A DNA stretch of 64,000 bases, taken from NCBI RefSeq assembly GCF_963921235.1, contig NC_086098.1, positions 2,232,001 to 2,296,000 on the forward strand, given 5' to 3'. Made by a program: the position numbers and the translations under genes. Shown here piece after piece: positions 12,279-23,957 of the stretch (its first letter is position 1; the number at the start of each line of letters is the position of its first letter). The notes below the pieces were generated by a model. The model was not told the origin of the DNA. It did no database searches and saw only the letters and a list, made by a program, of their open reading frames with translations. Source of the DNA: Mobula hypostoma. Its lineage: Eukaryota.

Positions 12279-14075
12279 AGACTTGAAAGGTGTGGGGAGG
12301 GGAGAGAGAAATGCCAGGCGATAGGTGAAACTTAGAGGGGGAGGGATGAAGCAAAGTGCTAGTAAGTTGATTGGTGAAAGGGACAGAAGGTCATGGAAGA
12401 AAGAAGAAAGGTGGGGGAGAACTAGAGGGAGGTGATAGGTGGGCAAGGAGATAACTTGAGAGAGGGACAAGGGGTTGGGAATGGTGAAGTGGGGGTGGAG
12501 GCATTACTGGAAGTTTGAGAAATCAATGTTCATGCCATCAGGTTGGAGGCTACCCAAACAGAATATAAGGTTTTGTTCCTCCAACTTAAATGTGGCCTTA
12601 TCCCAACAGTAGAGGAGGCCATGGATGGATATATTGGGATGGGAATGGGAAATGGAATTAAAATGGGTGGCCACTGGAAGATCTCACTTGTTCTGGCAGA
12701 CAGAGCGTAGATGTTCAGCGAAGCGACCTCCCAATCTACATCGGTTCTCACCGATATACAAGATGCCACACTGGGAGCACCGAGCACAGTATATGACCCC
12801 AACAGACTCAGAGGTGAATATTGCCTCACTCGAAAGGACTGTTTGGAGCCCTGAGTGGTAGTGAGGGAGGAAATGTAGGGGCAGGTGAGCACTTGTTCCA
12901 TTTGCAAGGTAAGTGCCAGGAGGGAGATCAGTGGGGAGGAACGAATGGACAAGGGAGTTGCGTAGGGAGCGATCCCTATGGAAAGCAGAAAGTTGGGGTG
13001 AGGGAAAGATGTGTTTGGTGGTGGGATCCAGTTGGAGGTGGCGGAATTTCGGAGAACTACATGCTGGATGCAGAGGCTGGTGGGGTGGTAGGTGAGGACA
13101 AGAGGAACACTATCCCTGGTAGCACGGCAGTAGGATGGGGTGAGAGCAGACGTGTGTGAAATGGAAGCGATGTGGTTGAGGGCAGTGATGATGGTGGAGG
13201 AAGGGAAGCCCATTTCTTTGAAAAAGGAAGACATCTCCTTCATTCTAGAATGTGTTACAAACCCACAAGTTTTGTTTACTGTGGACTGTCACTTTAAGTG
13301 CCTAAGTGAGGCGGGACTATGACGTCAGTCACAGGCTGCTGCAAACTTAAACTCATATACAGGGAGCGACCTTCAGTTGTGAGAGAGAGAGAGACTAGTG
13401 AAGCCGATAGCTTCAGCTTGTCGCAGCTGGGGCTTGGAACAAGGGTGGGTTAAACATCGGCATGGAGTGCATAGCGGATGTGTGACTGTCACTTTGTACA
13501 ATCCACAGGAGTGGATTTTGGGGATATCCTGTGGGACCACTTGTGTAGCCCTGGGTATGTTGTGTGGTAACCACTGGAAGACGATATTCCCATGATAGGT
13601 CACTTTCGGTAATAATTCGTATGTGGATTTGGAACATCACAACGGACAAGATCTACGGCAACTGTTATCTCATTTTACCAGTGTGGAACCTGTGGAATAC
13701 TTTGTACTTACCTTTTCCCTACGTTTCACCTTGGATTACAAATATCTCTCTCCCATCATTTATTTCCTGGATGACTGAACCTACTTTACCATCTCAAGAC
13801 TCTTAAGTCTTGTTTCCCCAAGCTCAATAGTTATATTTACACACATATATACACGTAACACTGTTAACTTTTGTTTATCTTGGTTAACTTACTATATTAT
13901 AAGTAGTTACTAATAAAGATGGTGGTTTTAACATCAAAACCAGACTCCATGTGTAATCTATTGCTGCTGGTTCATTTCTAAAACATTACTGTTTCGTAAC
14001 AAATGAAAAGCCTCATCCTGAGAGCAGGTGCGATGGAGGTAGAGGAATTGAGAGAAGGGCATGGTGTTTTTACAA
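12279..14075 (-). mobile_element. Penelope-like element (Neptune-type) fragment, split by a solo LTR
   Basis: ORF 12530-13243 RT thumb/linker (FKEMGFPSSTI..VPLVLTYHP); minus strand also reads VIYCARCSQCGILYIGENRCRLGGRFAEHLRSV (GIY-YIG) near 12705-12800. Confidence 0.88.
13253..14001 (+). mobile_element. Solo LTR (749 bp)
   Basis: TGTTACAA...TTCGTAACA termini; TSD AATG (13249-13252 and 14002-14005); AATAAA at 13912; host Penelope resumes after it (compare 61995-62030). Confidence 0.9.
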
Positions 14076-14395
14076 GATGCTTGTGGGGTGGTAGGTGAGG
14101 TCGATGATGGATGCTGCTTTCCTTCGGCAATGTTTCATGTAGATGTGCTCAGTGGCTGAGAGGGTTTCACCTGTGACGTACTGGGCTAAAAGCACTCTCT
14201 TGTGTAGGATTTTCTACTGAAAGGCATTGGTGTTCCTATACCAAGCCATAATGCAGCAAGTCAGCACACGTTCCACCACAGATTTATAGAAGTTTGCTAA
14301 AGTTTTCGGTATCATGCTGAACCTCCGCAGACCACTGAGGAAGTAGAGGCACTGTCGTGCTTTCTCCACAACAATATTTATATGATGGGTACAGG
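14076..14395 (-). mobile_element. Rex1/Babar-type LINE RT C-terminal remnant
   Basis: Minus strand resembles ARQCLYFLSGLRRF...FYKSVVERVLTCCIMAWY, same motif as 22945-23350. Confidence 0.65.
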
Positions 14396-14577
14396 ATACC
14401 TGTGTATTTAAAGTTACTGACCCTCTGATGATTTCTGGCTCATGGACCTCTGGTTTCCCTCTCCTGACTTTAGTTTCTCCCCCATTCCTCCATCCTTGTA
14501 GAACATGGAACTTAGAACATTACGGCACAGTACAGGCCCTTCAGCCCACAATGTTGTGCAGATCTTTTAAACTACTT

Positions 14578-14800
14578 CAAGTCAAGTCAAGTCACTTTTT
14601 ATTGTCACTTCGACCATAACCGCTGGTACAGTACACAGTAAAAATGAGACAACGTTTTTCAGGACCATGGTGCTAAATGAAACAATACAAAATCTACACT
14701 GAACTACGTAACAACAACAACACAGAAACTACACTAGACTACAGACCTACCCAGGACTGCGTAAAGTGCACAAAACAGTGCAGGCATTACAATAAATAAT
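14578..14800 (-). mobile_element. Rex1/Babar-type 3' end with (TTGAC)n tail
   Basis: Near-identical to 54802-55040, which continues into Rex1-like sequence. Confidence 0.65.
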
Positions 14801-15850
14801 AAACACAAAATAATCTGCAGATGCTGGGGTCAAAGCAACACTCACAACACGCTGGAGGAACTCAGCAGGTTGGGCAGCATCTGTGGAAAAGATCAGTCAA
14901 CGTTTCAGGCCGGAACCCTTCGTCAGGACTGTAGGGGGAAGGGGCAGAGGCCCTATAAAGAAGGTGGGGGAGGGTGGGAAGGAGAAGGCTGGTAGGTTCC
15001 AGGTGAAAAACCAGTAAGGGGAAAGATAAAGGGGTGGGGGAAGGGAGGCAGGGAGGTGATAGGCAGGAAAGGTGAAGAAGGAATAGGGGAAAACACAATG
15101 GGTAGTAGAAGGAGGCGGAACCATGAGGGAGGTGATAGGCAGCTGGGGGAGGGGGCAGAGTGACATAGGGATAGGGGAAGGGAGGGGGAGGGAATTACCG
15201 GAAGTTGGAGAATTCTATGTTCATACCGAGGGGCTGGAGACTACCCAGACGGTATATGAGGTGTTGCTCCTCTAACCTGAGTTTAGTCTCATCATGGCAG
15301 TAGAGGAGGCCATGTATGGACATATCCGAATGGGAGTGGGAAGCAGAGTTGAAGTGGGTGGCTACTGGGAGATCTTGTCTGTTGTGGCAGACTCACAAGT
15401 GAAGTCTTGCCTCACCTGGAAGGACTGTTTGCGGCCCTGAATGGTGGCAAGAGAGGAGGTGTAGGGACAGGTGTAGCATTTGCGCTTACAGGGATAAGTG
15501 CCAGGTGGGAGATCCGTGGGGAGGGACGTGTGGACCAGGGAGTTGCGGAGGGACCGATCCCTGTGGAAAACGGAGAGGGGTGGAGAGGGAAAGATGTGCT
15601 TAGTGGTGGGGTCCTGTTGAAGGTGGCGGAAGTTGCAGAGGATAATGTGCTGGATCCAGAGGCTGGTGGAGTGGTCGGTGAGGACAAGGGGAACTCTGTC
15701 CCTTTTGTGGTGGCGGGAGGATGGGGTGAGGGCCGAAGTGCGGGAAATGGAGGAGATGTGGGTGAGGGCATCATTGATGACAGCAGAAGGGAAACAACGA
15801 TCCTTAAAGAAAGAGGACACCTGAGATGTCCTGGAACGGAAAACCTCATC
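14801..15850 (-). mobile_element. Penelope-like element (Neptune-type), 5' truncated, with 3' pLTR
   Basis: ORF 15362-15820 RVPLVLT..PGTYPCKRKCYTCPY (Cys-rich linker); GIY-YIG core deleted near 15390; pLTR about 14801-15190. Confidence 0.88.
14894..14931 (-). ncRNA. Minimal type-I hammerhead ribozyme motif (Penelope pLTR)
   Basis: RNA CAGUC-CUGACGA-AGGGUUCCGGCCU-GAAA-CG-UU/GACUG: 5-bp helix I, intact CUGANGA and GAAA boxes, palindromic AACGUU in place of helix III, GUU cleavage triplet. Confidence 0.75.
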
Positions 15851-16386
15851 CTCTACCCCTCATCGCCCCTCCATTCCTCTGATCCCTCATCCTCCCCTAA
15901 ACTCACTCTCCCTGATTCTATTGGGCTTTTTTGTTTCCTGGCTGCCTGCAAGAATATGAAGCTCAAGGTTGTGTATGATATATGTACTCTGATAATAAAA
16001 CGTACTTTGTACTTTGAATATTTTTTCTAGAGTGGGGATATTTTCTCTTCAAAGCCACCAGGAGCAGAATCTATCCATCTGTTGTTAAGGTGGGTAGAAA
16101 ATTAATACCCTAACTACTGTGCAGGGGAAAGGAAGATCAAGGATTAAGGACCACCTCTATTCACCATGTACTGTACATTTACATGTATGAGGAATTTGCT
16201 GTGGGGTGTTGGAGTGACATAGAAACAAAAACACAACATTCAACAATTATACAGAGTAACATAAATATAAAGTTAGAGGTTAAAGTCTGGATAGGGAATA
16301 AAATATGCAAAAATACATAAATGGCAGCATGTATTTACAATCATACACGTTATAAACAGGGATTTACAGTGCAGTGACTGAGGTAA

Positions 16387-17222
16387 TAGAACATAGAATT
16401 GTACAGCACAGTACAGGCCCTTCGGCCCACACTATTGTGGCAACCTTCAAACCCTGTCTCCCATATAAGCCCCCACCTTAAATTCCTCCATATACCTGTC
16501 TAGTAGTCTCTTAAACTTCACGAGTGTATCTGCCTCCACCACTGACTCAGGCAGTGCATTCCACGCACCAACCACTCTCTGAGTAAAAAACTTTCCTCTA
16601 ATATCCCTCTTGAACTTCCCACCTCTTACCTTAAAGCCATGTCCTCTTGTATTGAGCAGTGGTGCCCTGGGGAAGAGGCGCTGGCTATCCACTCTATCTA
16701 TTCCTCTTATTATCTTGTACACCTGTATCATGTCTCCTCTCATCCTCCTTCTCTCCAAAGAGTAAAGCCCTATCTCCCTTAATGTCTGATCATAACGCAT
16801 ACTCTCTAAACCAGGCAGCATCCTGGTAAATCTCCTCTGTACCCTTTCCAATGCTTCCACATCCTTCCTATGGTGAGGTGACCAGAACTGGACACAGTAC
16901 TGCAAGTGTGGCCTAATCAGAGTTTTATAGAGCTGCATCATTACATTGCGACTCTTAAACTCTATCCATCGACTTATGAAAGCTAACACCCCATAAGCTT
17001 TCTTAACTACCCTATCCACCTGTGAGGCAACTTTCAGGGATCTGTGGACATGTACCCTCAGATCCCTCTGCTCCTCCACACTACCAAGTATCCTGCCATT
17101 TACTTTGTACTCTGCCTTGGAGTTTGTCCTTCCAAAGTGTACCACCTCACACTTCTCCGGGTTGAACTCCATCTGCCACTTCTCAGCCCACTTCTGCATC
17201 GTATCAATGTCTCTCTGCAATC
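16387..17222 (-). mobile_element. Young CR1 LINE, 5' truncated
   Basis: Uninterrupted ORF 16447-17220 (257 aa) near-identical to copies at 25429-27587 and 45426-47616; TTCTATG tail. Confidence 0.95.
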
Positions 17223-17480
17223 TTCCTTCCCATTCTTCAATGGCCTACTCTCCTCTCTGATCAGATTCCTTCTGCTCTAGCCCTTTACCTTTCATACCCA
17301 CCTGGCTTCACCTGTCACCCTCTAGCTATCCTCCTTCCCCTACCCTGCCTTTATATATTCTGGCATCATCCCCCTTCCTTTCCTGTCCTGATGAAGGGCC
17401 TCAGCCCCAAACGTCAACTGTTTATTCATTTTCACAGATGCTGCCTGACCTGCTGAGTTTCTCCAGCGTTTTGTTTGAGT
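17223..17480 (+). mobile_element. Penelope-like pLTR with degenerate hammerhead
   Basis: CTGTC-CTGATGA-AGGGCCTCAGCCC-CAAA-CGTC-AACTG at 17383-17420 followed by GATGCTGCCTGACCTGCTGAG. Confidence 0.8.
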
Positions 17481-18169
17481 TTAACTAGAATGTTTGATCA
17501 GATTAACTTCCTAGGGAAAGGAACTTTTAAGATGGTGTGGTTTTTGTTTTTATGGTCCTTTATAGAAGGGAGCTTTTGGGAAAGGCAGTTTGCAGGGGGT
17601 GGGTAAAATCTGTAATGTTTTTTTCCTGCCCACTTCTTTGTCCTGAACACATTCAAGTCCTGCAGTGCCGGTCGACGACAGCCGATGAGCTGGGTTCGCT
17701 GTGGTTTTTGTATACTGTGAGATGATGCTGCGCCCAACCAGACAGTAATGGCTGAGGTATCCATTGTTCAAAAAGAATCAACCCTTGTTTCTGTAATTCA
17801 ATTAACTGAAGAGAAAATCTGTTTTTAGTTCTGGTTTCTGCTGCATCTATTATGCCAACGGGATAATTATTTGTCCAGAAAATGCCCTAATTCTACTGTA
17901 ATTTGTCAATTTACTTAGTAAATAAATTGTCAGGAAAGAACCAACCTTATTAGTTGTCAGCTCGATTATCCACTGCAGAAACATTAGGTTGAACTTGGGT
18001 TTAATGGCAAGAAATAATGAATAATACACTGGGTGACAAAGCAGTTGAATATTATCAGGGCAGGCAATGTGACTCTTGGAAAGCCATTCACACAATGAAG
18101 CTTGCAAAACTAATTAGGGCCATTAAAATTATAATGTGCCTGAATTGAACTCTAGTCACTGAGAACCTC

Positions 18170-18430
18170 AATGAAGAGGTTTACCAGGATGCTGCCTGGA
18201 TTAGAGGGCATGTGCTATAACGAGAAGTTGCACAAACTTGGGTTGTTTTCTCTGGAGCGGTGCAGGCTGAGGGGAGATCTGATTGAGGTTTATAAGATTA
18301 TGAGAGACATAGATAGGGTAGACAGACAGTATCTTTCTCCCAGAGTTGGAATGTCTAATAGCAGAGGGCATGCACTTAAGGTGAGAGGGGGTAATTTCAA
18401 AGGACATGTGAGGGGCAAGTTTTTTTCATA
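18170..18430 (+). mobile_element. CR1 3' fragment
   Basis: ORF 18171-18449 KRFTRMLPGL..LFSLERCRLRGDLIEVYKIM. Confidence 0.85.
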
Positions 18431-18562
18431 TAGAGGCAGTCCACTCTGAGAAAAGAATTGTTTTCTGTTGGAGTAAATTCCTCTTAACCTTGATTTACCA
18501 ACCACCCCATCTTTGCTGCCTTCTCCTTATACAGATTCATAAGCCGGGGGAAAAATATAGAT

Positions 18563-18715
18563 CAACACACTCAAAGCTTTGGAGGGACTCAGGTCAGGTA
18601 ATATCTACAGAAATGAATAAACAGGTGATGTTTCGGCCCGACACCTGCTGAGTTCCTCCAGCATTTTGTGTGTGTTGCTCTGGATTTTCAGCAACAGCAG
18701 AATCTCTTGTGTTTA
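18563..18715. mobile_element. Inverted pair of Penelope pLTR ends
   Basis: Minus-strand copy 18563-18642 abuts plus-strand copy 18643-18715. Confidence 0.7.
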
Positions 18716-18775
18716 TGTGAAAAAAAGATGTCAGCTTTTAATGGGGAGTAGGTAGCCCTGTATTAAAGATTACAG

Positions 18776-19091
18776 ATAAAGATAAAAGAGTAGCTTTGTC
18801 TGTCGCATGTACATCGAAATATACAGTGAATTGCGTCGTTTGTGTCAATGACCGACAGAGTCCAAGCTGTGCTGGACGCAGCCAACAAGTGTCACATGCT
18901 TCCGGCAGAAAGCATGTCTGCAGATCACTAACCCTAAGCTATCCTTGAAATATGGGAGGGCACTGGAGCACACAGAAGAAATCTACGTGGTCACGGGGAG
19001 AATGCACAAACTCCTTATAAATGTGGTAGGAATTGAACCCCTGTTGATAGTGCCATAAAGCCTTGTGCTAAATGCTACACTACAATGCTGC
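18776..19091 (-). mobile_element. V-SINE with Rex1-like tail
   Basis: Minus strand: B-box GGTTCAATTCC, V-domain GGAGTTTGTGCATTCTCCCCGTGACCACG; related pieces at about 315-475, 20950-21175, 53130-53285, 55650-55975, 57595-57695. Confidence 0.75.
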
Positions 19092-19305
19092 ACATTGACT
19101 CCCATTAAGTCAGCTCTGAATACCGTGGTGGAGGGACTTGCGAGTTCCTGAAATCCCAAGGGTGATGCCATCTGGAGCTTAGCTCCTGGTAGGGTCACCT
19201 ACGGTAGTATAGTCAAAGGGGGAGGTTTCAGAAAAAGTACGATCCAACCAAGACCTCAACAGTGGAGCGGGTGGAAGATGATGACACATCACAGCAGCAG
19301 TGAAG

Positions 19306-20687
19306 TGTTTGGAGTACTGGGTTTAGTCCTGGTCACCTCACTACAGGAAGGATGTGGATGCTATAGAGAGAGGGCAGGGGAGATTTACAGGGATGTTGCC
19401 TAGATTGGAGGGCATTCCTTATGAGGATAGGTTGAGTGTACTTGGCCTTTTCTCTTTGGAGCAATGGAGGATGAGAGGTGATCTGATAGAAGTGTATAAG
19501 ATGATGAGAGGCATTGATCATATGGATAGACAGAGGCTTTTCCCCAAGGCTGAAATGGCTAACACAATGGGGCATAGTGTTAAGGTGCTTGGAAATAGGT
19601 ACTGAGGTGTTGGCCAGAAAGAATGACAATCTACAAATCAGTGAATTCAAATGAATCAAGGACAGTGGAAACAGACAGACTAATTGTCTTTGTTCTTGCC
19701 TCATGCTTGGGGATGGAGACTACTATTTTGTGAAGACACTCTATTCTCCATTTTGTTACGCATGACATGCTGGGCTTGATCAATGTGTTAAAGAGGAGAC
19801 ATTGATACTTTAGGTAATCTGCTGGACTGGAGATCATGTCCAGATAAGAAGTTATTTGTGAGATGTTCTTTGGTTGGCTGTAACATGCAGGTTTGAGAAT
19901 GTTGGGGTTGACGCCTGCCTGAAGTGATTCGAGCTCATTGCTGATTGAGAATAAAGAGCCATAAATTATCGACTGTCACTTGATGGGAAGGTAGCAATAA
20001 ATGGATGCTGGCTTGGAGCAGAGCCAATAACAAGGTGTTAAAGGACAGACACATGGGCTGTGGCCAATGACACTGGAATGCAAAATTTGAATTTATAGGG
20101 AAGGGATATAAAAGTGGATGCTTCATGTGTGCTGGTAGCGGTAACTTCGAAGAATAACCATCGCGGATACAAGCGGGAGCGACCCTGCGTGAAACACGTG
20201 GTGAGTGAATTGGGACTATGAGGAATGCCTGGCCAGTGTAAACTCCTTTGCCCGGGTTATACCTTTGCTGTTCTTTGACTATTCAGGAGAGTCAGGGATA
20301 CTTAGCCAGTGTGCACACAAGACATTTAGTGTACGTATTCATGTACTTGTTAGTTAAAACAATAAAAGTACTTGTCAGTAAATACAGATCTCTATCTGCC
20401 TCACTAATCATTGTTATAAAAAGTATTTTTTTACCACAGAGGGGATGTCAGGGGTAAGTTTTTCATGTAGAGAGTGGTGGGTGCGTGGATGCACTGCCAG
20501 CAAATGTGGTAAAGGGAGATACGATAGGGTCTTTTAAGAGACTCTTAGATAAGTACGTGGAGCTTAGAAAAATAGAGGGCTCTGCAGTAGGAAAATTCTA
20601 GGCGGTTTCTAGAGTAGGTTACATGGTCGGCACAACATTGTGGGCCGAAGGGCCTGTAGTGTGCTGTAGGTTTCTATGTTCTATGTT
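19306..20687 (+). mobile_element. CR1 3' fragment with 8-bp TSD, split by a solo LTR
   Basis: TSD CAGTGAAG (19298-19305 and 20688-20695); ORF 19354-19605; TTCTATG tail. Confidence 0.9.
19608..20438 (+). mobile_element. Solo LTR (831 bp)
   Basis: TGTTGG...ACCACA termini; TSD GAGG (19604-19607 and 20439-20442); TATATAAAA near 20107; AATAAA at 20361. Confidence 0.85.
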
Positions 20688-22164
20688 CAGTGAAGGCAGA
20701 GGACGGGTGCAGCAGCGAATAGCCCCCAGCTGTCTTGCATTCCCTACCACTGGATCCTGAATCCGATTTATCAAGGACCGTGTGGGGTCTGCCCGTGCAT
20801 CAGCCTCCTCACATTAAACTAAGTCACACACGGGCATTCACCACTAAGGGAATAACCCATTGGAAGAACATCATACTCAGCTCGAGTTCGACTACAACCC
20901 AAGAAGCTGCAGGATTGCATAAACTGCAATATCATTTTGCTGGATAATTGAAAGATTAGCTTGATTTGTTACATGTACATTAAAACATGCAGTGAAAATC
21001 ATTGCATGCGTCAATCAACAACACAGTCCAAGGCTGTGCTGGGGGCAGCCCACAAGTGTCACCAACATAGCATGCCCACAGTGTACTCATCCTTACCCAT
21101 ACGTTTTTGGAGTGTGGGAGGAAACTGGAGCACCCAGAGGAACTGCACATGGTCATGGTCAGAATGTGTAAATGCCTTATCATTGCCATTAGCCTTTGTT
21201 CTCCATGTTCCAGCTCCAGACCTCCAGTCCCTGCCAGCATCCATCGCTAAGGACCCCCCCCCCCTCCAACCAGGACATGCCCTCTTCTCATTACTACCCT
21301 CAGGGAGGAGGTACAGGAGCCTGAAGGAGCTCACTCACTCACACTGCTGCAGTAAAACAACAAATTGCACAAATATGGTGAGTCAGTGGTAATAAAACAG
21401 ATTCTGACACTGAAGTTAGTCTATGTCCCTACAGATGTGAAGTGTGGCAGGAATCACTTCATAGTGGAGGTGTTATGTACGCGCGTTGCAAGGACAACAG
21501 TGGTGTAATACGATTAAACGTTTTTATTGAGTTATGTCAGTAACGGCAAATGCTGGACAGCTTACTGTGTGGGAACTACGAACCTAGCCCACCAAAATGA
21601 AAACATGCGCACTCAAAAAGCCCACAGCCAAAAGAGTGTGCCTCCTGCACATACTGCAGGAAGCCCAACAGATTCACCATACAATCAGTCGGATACAGGT
21701 TAGGACGTATCTGGAACAGATGATCTAATATGTTACTGTGAGGATGAGCAACAAAGTTGGAACGTTTCATGAAAGAGGAGAATGAGAATTGGGGGAAATT
21801 AGAATGGGAACTGGGGGATATTTGGAGGGTGAAGATTTAGAGATTTGCAGTAAGGTGTTGATAGACAGCAATGCATACTGTATACAGAACGACGCAGAGA
21901 GGTTTCTGCAGAAACCTGCGCTTTAATTGCTCGAGTTCTGAACGTTGTTTAAATTAACTCCCTTTCTTCCATAAAACTAATTTATCACCAGCAGCACAAA
22001 TTACATTTTTCTGTTTCTTCTCTGCATGTACTTTTGGAACTTCCGAGGAAGATATATTGGCTTTATTCAGATAAAGATGGCTAAATCCATTCAGAAGCTT
22101 ACTGAAGTTTACGGATAAATGCGTTGTTATTTTTCTGCAAACTTTTTATGGCATTATTAGATTA

Positions 22165-22590
22165 GAGAGCCTGAATTAGAGAGCATGTCTTATGAGGAGA
22201 GGTTGAGTGAGCTAGAACTTTACTCTTTGGAGCAGAGGAAGGTGAGAGGTGACATGGTGGAAGTAAATATCAAGTGGACAGCTAGAGGCATTTTCCCTAG
22301 TTCGAGGTGGCATAATTTTAAGGTAATTGGAGGGAAGTCTAGAGGGGATGTCCGAGGAAGTTTTTTTCCACACAGAGTGGTGAGTGCATGGAACACCCTG
22401 CCAGGGATGGTAGGAGAGGCAGATTCATTAGGGGTATTTAAGAGACACATAGATAGGTACCTGATAGAAAAAAAATGGAGGGTTCTGTGGAAGGCAAGGA
22501 TTAGATTGATCTTGGAATAGATTAAAAGGTCAGTACAACAGTGTGGGCTGAAGGATCTGTACAGTGCTGTATCGTCCTATATCCTATGTT
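22165..22590 (+). mobile_element. CR1 3' fragment
   Basis: ORF 22185-22520 SYEERLSELELYSLEQRKVRGD..FFPHRVVSAWNTLP. Confidence 0.85.
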
Positions 22591-22944
22591 CCACCACAAT
22601 GCACTGCGTAATGCTCTGATTTGTCTAAACAATATATAAGACAAGCTTTTCACTGTATCTCGATACATATGACAATAATAAACCAATTCCAATTCTAAAT
22701 CCATTTCCAATTGATAAGTGATTAATTTGAGCATAAAGTTGAGCTGGGAGATGATACACCAGTTACCTTAACCATGACAAAAAACACACTGAAACACGTA
22801 GCCCACAAGCAACATGGTTGAGCAAAGTGATAAGCAACACCAGGCACTCCCAGAGGGGACAGATGCAATGGACACCATCAGCACTACTTCAGTAGAAACA
22901 CCAACCATTAGGGAGCAGGAAGTATTGAGAAATCACTATATAGT

Positions 22945-23548
22945 TCTCAAACAGCGCCTTTATTTCCTGCGGAGAACCAAGAAAGCTCACCTCTGTCCCA
23001 GGATACTGACGGACTTTTACCGCTGTACCATTGAGAGCATACTCACCAACTGCTTCTCAGTGTGGCATGACAATTGTCCCGTATCAGACCGCAAAGCTCT
23101 CCAGCGTGTGGTGAAAACTGCCCAGCGGATTATTGGCACCCAATTGCCCACCATTGAGAACATCTACCAGAAACATTGCCTGGGCAGGGCGAAAAGCATT
23201 ATCAAGGTTGCATCTCACCCTAACCGTGGACTTTTTACTCTCCTCCCATCCGGTAGGCGCTACAGGAGCCTCCGCTCCCGCACCAGCAGGCACAGGAAGA
23301 GCTTCTTCCTTGAGGCTGTGATACTGCTGAACCTCATATCACAGCGCTAAGCAGTATTGCACCCATATTGTACTGTCTCAGAACTTTTATATTTGTGTGC
23401 TGTAGCACTTACTTTTTATTCGCAGTTATTTTGTAAATAATACTATTCTTTTGTACTTCTGGTCAGATGCTAATCGCATTTCATTGGTTTTGTATCTGTA
23501 CTTGGCACAATGACAATAAAGTTGAATCTAATCTAAATCTAATCTAAG
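22945..23548 (+). mobile_element. Rex1/Babar LINE 3' end
   Basis: KQRLYFLRRTKK..FYRCTIESILTNCFSVW..LLPSGRRYRSLRSRTSRHRKSFF; AATAAA and (AATCT)n tail. Confidence 0.88.
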
Positions 23549-23957
23549 ATAATCATAAATAGGAGGAGAGAAGCCTGCAAGAATCTGTGCTATTGTCCAA
23601 GAAATAATTTCATCTATGCTATCAACATAAATCCTTTCATGAGTCAATCCTGAAATTACATGTAACCTTCTCCCTGGGGCACATATACAGACTTGGCTTG
23701 TTAGGTAACTCTGCTAACAGCCACGTGACTCACTGTTAGAAGGCCACCTTTCATAAACAATATACATCTACAGTTGGTATGATTTGGGGTTCAACCAGAC
23801 AGGAATGTCGGGATGTTCCGATTAGAGGAACCTCCAACTGAGTGAATGCTGAGTGAATGCTGTGTAAATACTGTCCACACACAGTTATTGGTAACACAGA
23901 AATGACAGATGATACACCAGCATAAAATTATAAAGAAAGTATATTTTCCAAATTTTT

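Larger units (their letters stand above)
16135..17770 (-). mobile_element. Rex1/Babar-type LINE 3' remnant hosting a CR1 + pLTR composite
   Basis: Tail at 16135-16388; coding remnant resumes about 17481 (ORF 17498-17764 SAITVWLGA..KPQRTQLIGC..LQDL). Confidence 0.65.
19120..20905 (+). mobile_element. RTE (Expander/Rex3-like) derived non-autonomous element, split by a CR1
   Basis: CCGTGGTGGAGGG...CTCCTGGTAGGGTCACC resembles Expander-type RTE 5' ends (recognised from memory); interrupted at TSD CAGTGAAG. Confidence 0.5.

Noticed and set aside
21541..21703. Short open frame ending at CAG|GTTAGG as an exon
   Set aside because: Weak acceptor, no recognisable protein, lies in an LTR-like segment
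22814..23350. 178-aa cellular protein (ALKBH8-like annotation)
   Set aside because: It is the Rex1/Babar RT C-terminus with a LINE tail; the N-terminal part is read-through flank
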